IMG/VR virus record: IMGVR_UViG_3300012948_000007 | Span: 1 to 39,386 of that record | Source: a virus | Lineage: Duplodnaviria; Caudoviricetes | Length of the DNA stretch: 39,386 bases | Reading direction: 5' to 3' (one strand) | Part shown: positions 34,889 to 39,386 of the stretch, piece after piece | Numbering within the stretch: the first letter of the stretch is position 1 | How the letters are laid out: each line of letters opens with the position of its first letter | Notes under the pieces: model-generated | Database searches by the model: none | Seen by the model: the letters and a program-made list of their open reading frames with translations, nothing else | What the model was told of the DNA's origin: nothing | Translations under genes and position numbers: made by a program

Positions 34889-35165
34889 TTGGTGATACAT
34901 TGGTGATACATTCAAGGCCCAAACTATGCAAAAGCGTGAGAAGGCGTGTCAAGGCGTGGGAAGCGATAACGCCTAAAAACGCTCAGGAAAACGTCGATTT
35001 TAATGAGCTGTGCGAAGCGCTGAGAAAAGTTGATTTTATTGCGGCGCCTCGCTTCACACGCGAGGGGTCCGCGGTTCGAATCCGCGAGCGGGCACCAATT
35101 TTCCTTAGCAAAAACGCACACTCCCTAGCCCGCGGCGTTTTGGTGATACATTTTGGTGATACATT
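34889..35165. other. attP: tRNA core with four arm-type sites
   Basis: TTGGTGATACATT at 34889, 34900, 35140 and 35153, flanking the tRNA fragment. Confidence 0.85.
35046..35097 (+). pseudogene. 3' part of tRNA-Val(CAC), attP core
   Basis: Anticodon arm CTCGC-TTCACAC-GCGAG, T arm CGCGG-TTCGAAT-CCGCG, 3' ACCA; no 5' acceptor strand or D arm. Confidence 0.88.
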
Positions 35166-35169
35166 CGCG

Positions 35170-35204
35170 AGGCCCAGCGGCCGACCGTCGCTAGGGCCTT
35201 TTTT
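35170..35204 (+). terminator. Rho-independent terminator after the tRNA fragment
   Basis: AGGCCCAGCGG...CGCTAGGGCCT hairpin plus T-run. Confidence 0.7.
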
Positions 35205-35255
35205 CCTGGTCAAAAAAATATTTCGCGCCGGCGAAAAAAAACGAGGTGCGCGACC

Positions 35256-35519
35256 ATGAGAACGCACCGCGGCAGTGATGTGATCGGCATGACGAACCAA
35301 CTGACCGGCGCCGGCTTGCGCCTCATTAACGCAATCGCGGCGCACGATCCCGAACTCCAGGACGAGCCCGACACAAACCCAAAGCGGCGCCAGGAAAAAC
35401 TCGAGCGAGTTGACCGGCGCGAAATCAAAGGCGCGTTTAGTAAAGCTTGTAGCGACGGAATTCACGGTCGATGTTTTGCGCTGCGCTGCAAGTGTCGATG
35501 TCATGGGATTACGAGATAA
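35256..35519 (+). CDS. Small protein with C-terminal Cys/His motif
   Basis: GAGGTG RBS; KACSDGIHGRCFALRCKCRCH. Confidence 0.7.
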   Translation: MRTHRGSDVIGMTNQLTGAGLRLINAIAAHDPELQDEPDTNPKRRQEKLERVDRREIKGAFSKACSDGIHGRCFALRCKCRCHGITR

Positions 35520-35643
35520 AAAGAAAAAGTCGCCCAAGATCGATCCACCAGTATTGAGATCGAAAGCTTGTCGCGACGATCGTCACCACCGCTGCTTTTC
35601 ACTGAAATGTAAATGTCAGTGTCACAAGCGCGCAATCAAATGA
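35503..35643 (+). CDS. Paralogous small Cys/His protein
   Basis: KACRDDRHHRCFSLKCKCQCH; ATG at 35503. Confidence 0.6.
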   Translation: MGLRDKKKKSPKIDPPVLRSKACRDDRHHRCFSLKCKCQCHKRAIK

Positions 35644-35656
35644 AAGGCAAATCGAA

Positions 35657-35872
35657 ATGCGAAGCAAAGAAGAAACCATCGAACACTTTCGCTATATCCC
35701 GCCGAACGACGAAACGCGACCGCGGCATGAACGCGTCACCGATATTTTCGTGAACGCGGTCGAGATTTTATGGGACGTGACCCCCGATGGTCCTGGCAAA
35801 ACTTACGCTTTCCGAAAACTTGGCGAAGCGAAGATGGCTTTTAATTCCGCAATCGCCCACGAGGGCGGTTAG
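35657..35872 (+). CDS. Acb2/Tad1-like helical hairpin protein
   Basis: F.Y.PP...R.E.V...P....K..A..KL.EA.M..N.AIA pattern. Confidence 0.65.
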   Translation: MRSKEETIEHFRYIPPNDETRPRHERVTDIFVNAVEILWDVTPDGPGKTYAFRKLGEAKMAFNSAIAHEGG

Positions 35873-35911
35873 CTGGCTTTATGTAACTTCAGTTTCACTA
35901 AAGGAGAAAAA

Positions 35912-36418
35912 ATGAAACGACAAATCAGAGAAGGTCTGATCGTTTTGGTAGTCACCTTAGCACTGGCAGCGGCGGCAGTCGTGGCGTTCGCTGATTCACC
36001 GCATTACGTCAAAGGACCATCGCTCGTCGATAACGGTCTGACCGCGACCGCGAGCGGCAAAATTGCCGGCTTGGGAAATGGTAACGTGATCGTGACGCTT
36101 ACTTTTCCGAATGCGACGGCCTCAACTCTATGCACGAACCAGGGCGGCAACTCGGCGCCCGGTCAAAATCCTGCGGCGCCCGTTGATGTGTCCGGGAGCA
36201 AGTTAATCTCTCGGGTCAAAAACGGGACCATCACTTTTAGCGTAACAACGGACGTGCCGCCGGCGCCCTCGTGGGACGTCGCCGGCTGCGCGAATAGCAA
36301 CTGGTCGGCGAGCATTGCCGATATTCATTTCGGCATTGGCACGCTGATCGTTCAACAAGAAACATTTCAGGGCAGCGGCGTCTTTGTGACCGTCCTGACC
36401 ACTCAAGTGACTCTCTAA
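35912..36418 (+). CDS. Secreted beta-rich protein
   Basis: AAGGAG RBS; signal peptide ending AFA; two Cys. Confidence 0.8.
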   Translation: MKRQIREGLIVLVVTLALAAAAVVAFADSPHYVKGPSLVDNGLTATASGKIAGLGNGNVIVTLTFPNATASTLCTNQGGNSAPGQNPAAPVDVSGSKLISRVKNGTITFSVTTDVPPAPSWDVAGCANSNWSASIADIHFGIGTLIVQQETFQGSGVFVTVLTTQVTL

Positions 36419-36492
36419 CGTTTTTCCTGGCGCCGAGACTCACGCACTCGCCTGAGTCTCGGAGTCAGCTTTCGACGAAGGAAGGCTTAACA

Positions 36493-37185
36493 ATGGATCA
36501 AAACCTATCGGCGCCACTTTCGGACGCGGCCGAGATCGTCACAATGCCGAAAGAGGACGCACTCGAGAAATTCAACGAGTACAAAAGCGCGCTGCGCATT
36601 AGTCGCTCGCAACACGATCGCATGATGAAGGCGGTCTATAACGCGCTGGCCGAGGGCCTGGGCGTGATCAATCCACGTGCGGCGATTCTCAAAGCTGGCT
36701 TTGTCGACGAAATCAACTTGCACCCGAAGCTGGCGATCTGCCGCGCGGATCAAGCGACGGTTTATTTTCGGCGAATGCACTACGACGACACCGCTTTCTT
36801 TTCTTCGTACCCGTCGCGCTTTATCAGTGAGCGCAACCTAAACGCGCAGCAAGCTCGACACCAATTTTTCTTTGCGCCTGGTCAGTTGCGGCGCTTTGAT
36901 CCCTGGGCCTGGGAGATGGAAAAGGCGCACCCGCTTTATCGCGAAACGGTTAAGGCAACGGTCCCGACAATCCCGCCGGCGCACCGACCCGCCCCGCACA
37001 CGCTGGGTGACTATTCGATCCTCTGGGAAGTCGAGGCCTGGGAAGCTTTGCCACGCGCGCAACGTGCGCCCGGGGACCCGATGCTTTTGCGACCGCTGGC
37101 GCATTCGGGACTTTACGCAGTCATGGCGCACTGGGATCTGACCGAAGTCGAAAAGATGGTCCTCGGGGCCTTGTTTGGAAATTAA
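36493..37185 (+). CDS. Phage hypothetical protein
   Basis: RBS; VP.IPP.HRP...ILWEVE.W...DPMLL...WDLTEVE. Confidence 0.8.
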   Translation: MDQNLSAPLSDAAEIVTMPKEDALEKFNEYKSALRISRSQHDRMMKAVYNALAEGLGVINPRAAILKAGFVDEINLHPKLAICRADQATVYFRRMHYDDTAFFSSYPSRFISERNLNAQQARHQFFFAPGQLRRFDPWAWEMEKAHPLYRETVKATVPTIPPAHRPAPHTLGDYSILWEVEAWEALPRAQRAPGDPMLLRPLAHSGLYAVMAHWDLTEVEKMVLGALFGN

Positions 37186-37188
37186 CCA

Positions 37189-37410
37189 GTGAGCAAAGAA
37201 ACGACCATCGACCTCGAGACGAAGGAAGGCGCGAGCGATTCACTCAATCGCGACATGTGGCGCGCAGTAGTGCGACCGCTGGCGCTCGAAATGTATTACT
37301 CGGGCTTTACTTCGGTCGAGATCATCGTCCTGGACATTGGCAAGGTTAAGTGTGTTTTCGGTCGTGAAAAACCCGGCTTGCGACTGGTCAGTGAGAAAGG
37401 GAAATCATGA
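37189..37410 (+). CDS. Hypothetical protein
   Basis: Packed in operon; ATGA overlap. Confidence 0.6.
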   Translation: MSKETTIDLETKEGASDSLNRDMWRAVVRPLALEMYYSGFTSVEIIVLDIGKVKCVFGREKPGLRLVSEKGKS

Positions 37411-37898
37411 TCGCAACTGCACGCGCGCTCGAGCTGAAAAAATGCCCCCGCTGTCAGGAAGAAAAACCACTCGAGGACTTTGGTGTTTGTCGCGCGCGAG
37501 CCGATGGCCGGAATCTTTATTGCAAAGTTTGCATTCGTGAAAAGATCAACGCGTTTCGCCGCAACTTACGCGCCTATCAAAAGCGGCAACCAGTCGGCCA
37601 GGTCCAGGCCCTCGAGCGAAAGCGCAGCTTCGCGATGCTTTCAAAAGCGAGGCCGGCTTCCTGGTCCACCCGTCGCTTTACACAGCGAGTTCGCCAGCTC
37701 GAGCCCGACGATCGAGTCCTGGCCGCGATTCGCGCCGGCGCCCACACGCAACGCGAAATCCGACGACTGACAAAACTTTCGAGCGATGAGGTGTGCGATG
37801 CGCTAGCGCAGCTGCTTTTGTGGTCGCGCAAAATTCGCACCACGATTTTCGCCGGTCAGCGACATTATTTTTTTAACGAATGGACACGCCGCTCTTAG
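37407..37898 (+). CDS. Zinc-ribbon plus wHTH protein, putative regulator
   Basis: CPRC...CKVC; TQREIRRLTKLSSDEVCDALAQL. Confidence 0.7.
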   Translation: MIATARALELKKCPRCQEEKPLEDFGVCRARADGRNLYCKVCIREKINAFRRNLRAYQKRQPVGQVQALERKRSFAMLSKARPASWSTRRFTQRVRQLEPDDRVLAAIRAGAHTQREIRRLTKLSSDEVCDALAQLLLWSRKIRTTIFAGQRHYFFNEWTRRS

Positions 37899-38407
37899 AT
37901 TACGCTGAGCGTCAGATTCAGAAGGACCGCGACGCAGTAAACTCGAAACGGTTTACAAATGCCCGTGTCCATAATGGTGGCCTCGAGTCCTGCGCGAAGT
38001 GTGGCGCCCCGACGCTCGAATATAAACACACTCTAAGTAAGGTCCTGGCCGGCGACTTGATTCGACTTTATGAGTACCAACGATCGCGGGAGTTCTTAGC
38101 GGTCATGCTCGCGGATCTGCGGCTCAATTATTCGCAAGCAAGTAACTTTCAAAAATTGCGTTACTGGGGATTAGTCGAACATCGGACAAAAGAGGACAAG
38201 CGGACCGGGCACTGGTCGATCACGGAAAAAGGCGAGGACTGGCTGCGCTCACTGATTAGATTGCCACGTTGTGTCTGGACCTATCGTGGCGAGGTGATCG
38301 AATTCGAGGGCGACAAGATTTTGATCACTGACACGATGCCCGATTATAAGTGGCGCATCGACTGGGCCCAGGACTCGCGGCCACATTTTAGAAACGAGGC
38401 GGCATGA
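37880..38407 (+). CDS. CxxC plus wHTH-like hypothetical protein
   Basis: CAKCG; NFQKLRYWGLVE...WSITEKG. Confidence 0.7.
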   Translation: MDTPLLDYAERQIQKDRDAVNSKRFTNARVHNGGLESCAKCGAPTLEYKHTLSKVLAGDLIRLYEYQRSREFLAVMLADLRLNYSQASNFQKLRYWGLVEHRTKEDKRTGHWSITEKGEDWLRSLIRLPRCVWTYRGEVIEFEGDKILITDTMPDYKWRIDWAQDSRPHFRNEAA

Positions 38408-38763
38408 GTAGCGAAGCAATCCCGATGTGCGAAATGTTTGCAAAGGTCTGTGACTTGGCGACCGCGCTCGGAGTCAGTCAGATAAATAAATTACCGGGCG
38501 CGTGGGTCCAGACAATCGACGAACACTGGATCGTCGCCCTCAATGGTCACAACGAAGATCTCGAAGTTACGCCAGCGGGGACCATGGGCGTTTCGGAGTT
38601 GCCTTTCGGCCACATGGCGGTCTGGTTCAATGGCTGGCTGGCCGGCTTATTCACGATCAACGGGGGCGAATTCGCCGCCGGCAGCGCGGCCAACGAGGAC
38701 ACTTTTATCGCCGCACTCGAGGCGGCGATTTTACGCGCTGCGCGTGAGGTCAATCATGAGTGA
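38404..38763 (+). CDS. Hypothetical protein
   Basis: ATGA overlap; GAGG RBS. Confidence 0.7.
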   Translation: MSSEAIPMCEMFAKVCDLATALGVSQINKLPGAWVQTIDEHWIVALNGHNEDLEVTPAGTMGVSELPFGHMAVWFNGWLAGLFTINGGEFAAGSAANEDTFIAALEAAILRAAREVNHE

Positions 38764-39052
38764 ATTTTTAGGAATGCTTTTCAGCTTGGCGTTACTGGTC
38801 GGCGCCTTCGCGATCGGCCTGATCCTGGGTGTCAGTATCACGCGCTCGACTGCCGCGGTGCGTTGGTTCGAGGCGCACGCTGAAGCCGAACGCGTGCGGC
38901 GCGAATCGGTTAACGAAGTGCGCGCGGCTTGGCGCGAGAAGGCCGCCCGTGAGCGCGCCCTCTTCGCGGAGCATTATCCGAAAAGCGCCGCGCGACTCGA
39001 CCACGATGCCGACAATTACGAATCGCTGAGCGAGGTGTTAAAAAAGTTATGA
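38756..39052 (+). CDS. N-terminal TM plus coiled-coil protein
   Basis: GAGGT RBS with ATG 38756; hydrophobic N-terminus. Confidence 0.65.
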   Translation: MSEFLGMLFSLALLVGAFAIGLILGVSITRSTAAVRWFEAHAEAERVRRESVNEVRAAWREKAARERALFAEHYPKSAARLDHDADNYESLSEVLKKL

Positions 39053-39204
39053 GGCCTTGGGAAGATCTCCACTATCATCGGCGCGCGCAGCACCTCGAGC
39101 ACGATGCGCAGCGCAGCGCAGCGGTAAACATCGGACTAGTTGGGCTGTTACTAATCGCTGGCTCGTTGCTGGCCGCGGTGGTTTTGCTTTGGTGGCAATT
39201 ATGA
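39049..39204 (+). CDS. 51-aa protein with C-terminal TM helix
   Basis: Own translation: MRPWEDLHYHRRAQHLEHDAQRSAAVNIGLVGLLLIAGSLLAAVVLLWWQL; ATGA overlaps at both ends. Confidence 0.6.
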   Translation: MRPWEDLHYHRRAQHLEHDAQRSAAVNIGLVGLLLIAGSLLAAVVLLWWQL

Positions 39205-39386
39205 GCGACACAAACGAAGAAACTTTGAGCGAGTTCGTCGCCAAAAGTTTGACGCCTGAATCGCAGGACGACACCACGATCGCGATCTCGAAATCATTCA
39301 AGGCCGGCTTTAATACTGGGATCACTTTTGCGAAGGCAAACACGTCTTGCTTTCCATGTGTCCAGGAAATAAACAAAGCAGTCGAA
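39201..39386 (+). CDS. 74-aa hypothetical protein spanning the circular junction (stop at 160-162)
   Basis: MSDTNEETLSEF...KLPDD reads in frame through the terminal repeat. Confidence 0.65.
   Translation, partial: MSDTNEETLSEFVAKSLTPESQDDTTIAISKSFKAGFNTGITFAKANTSCFPCVQEINKAVE
39264..39386 (+). repeat. Terminal direct repeat, copy 2
   Basis: Identical to 1-123. Confidence 0.95.

Larger units (their letters stand above)
1..39386. mobile_element. Complete temperate siphophage genome (circular, excised form with intact attP)
   Basis: Full set of packaging, head, tail, lysogeny and replication genes; 123-bp terminal overlap; attP internal and intact. Confidence 0.95.

Noticed and set aside
35041-35097. 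Complete phage-encoded tRNA
   Set aside because: The 5' acceptor strand and D arm are missing; it is the attP core
33586-35259. 557-aa plus-strand ORF
   Set aside because: Antisense shadow of the integrase running through attP; no recognisable motifs

Overview
This window is a complete, circularly assembled temperate siphophage genome of about 39,263 bp. Bases 1-123 equal 39264-39386, and an ORF reads through the junction. Packaging is lambda-type: a cosQ/cosN-like site at about 3541-3582, Nu1-like TerS, gpA-like TerL and a lambda-family portal, followed by a fused HK97-type protease-capsid gene and a non-contractile tail. The lysogeny module has an XRE repressor, Xis, a tyrosine integrase and an attP carrying the 3' part of tRNA-Val(CAC) with arm-type repeats. 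The early region includes an Acb2/Tad1-like protein and an HTH initiator with internal iterons. The most unusual signals are: (1) a distal tail protein ending in a non-splicing Hint/BIL domain; (2) a tail-tip protein with an inserted DUF4214 (S-layer anchor-like) domain and a lectin-like domain; (3) three DNA methyltransferases, two sharing a near-identical ParB-like N-terminus, together with strong over-representation of CTCGAG; (4) a neck-fibre module with a long cationic beta-repeat protein; (5) a lambda R-like transglycosylase inside the tape measure and no stand-alone endolysin; (6) two identical 18-bp boxes at identical spacing before putative leaderless late genes. The host is unknown; Acidobacteriota is a guess. 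All family assignments are by eye from motifs, with no database searches run.
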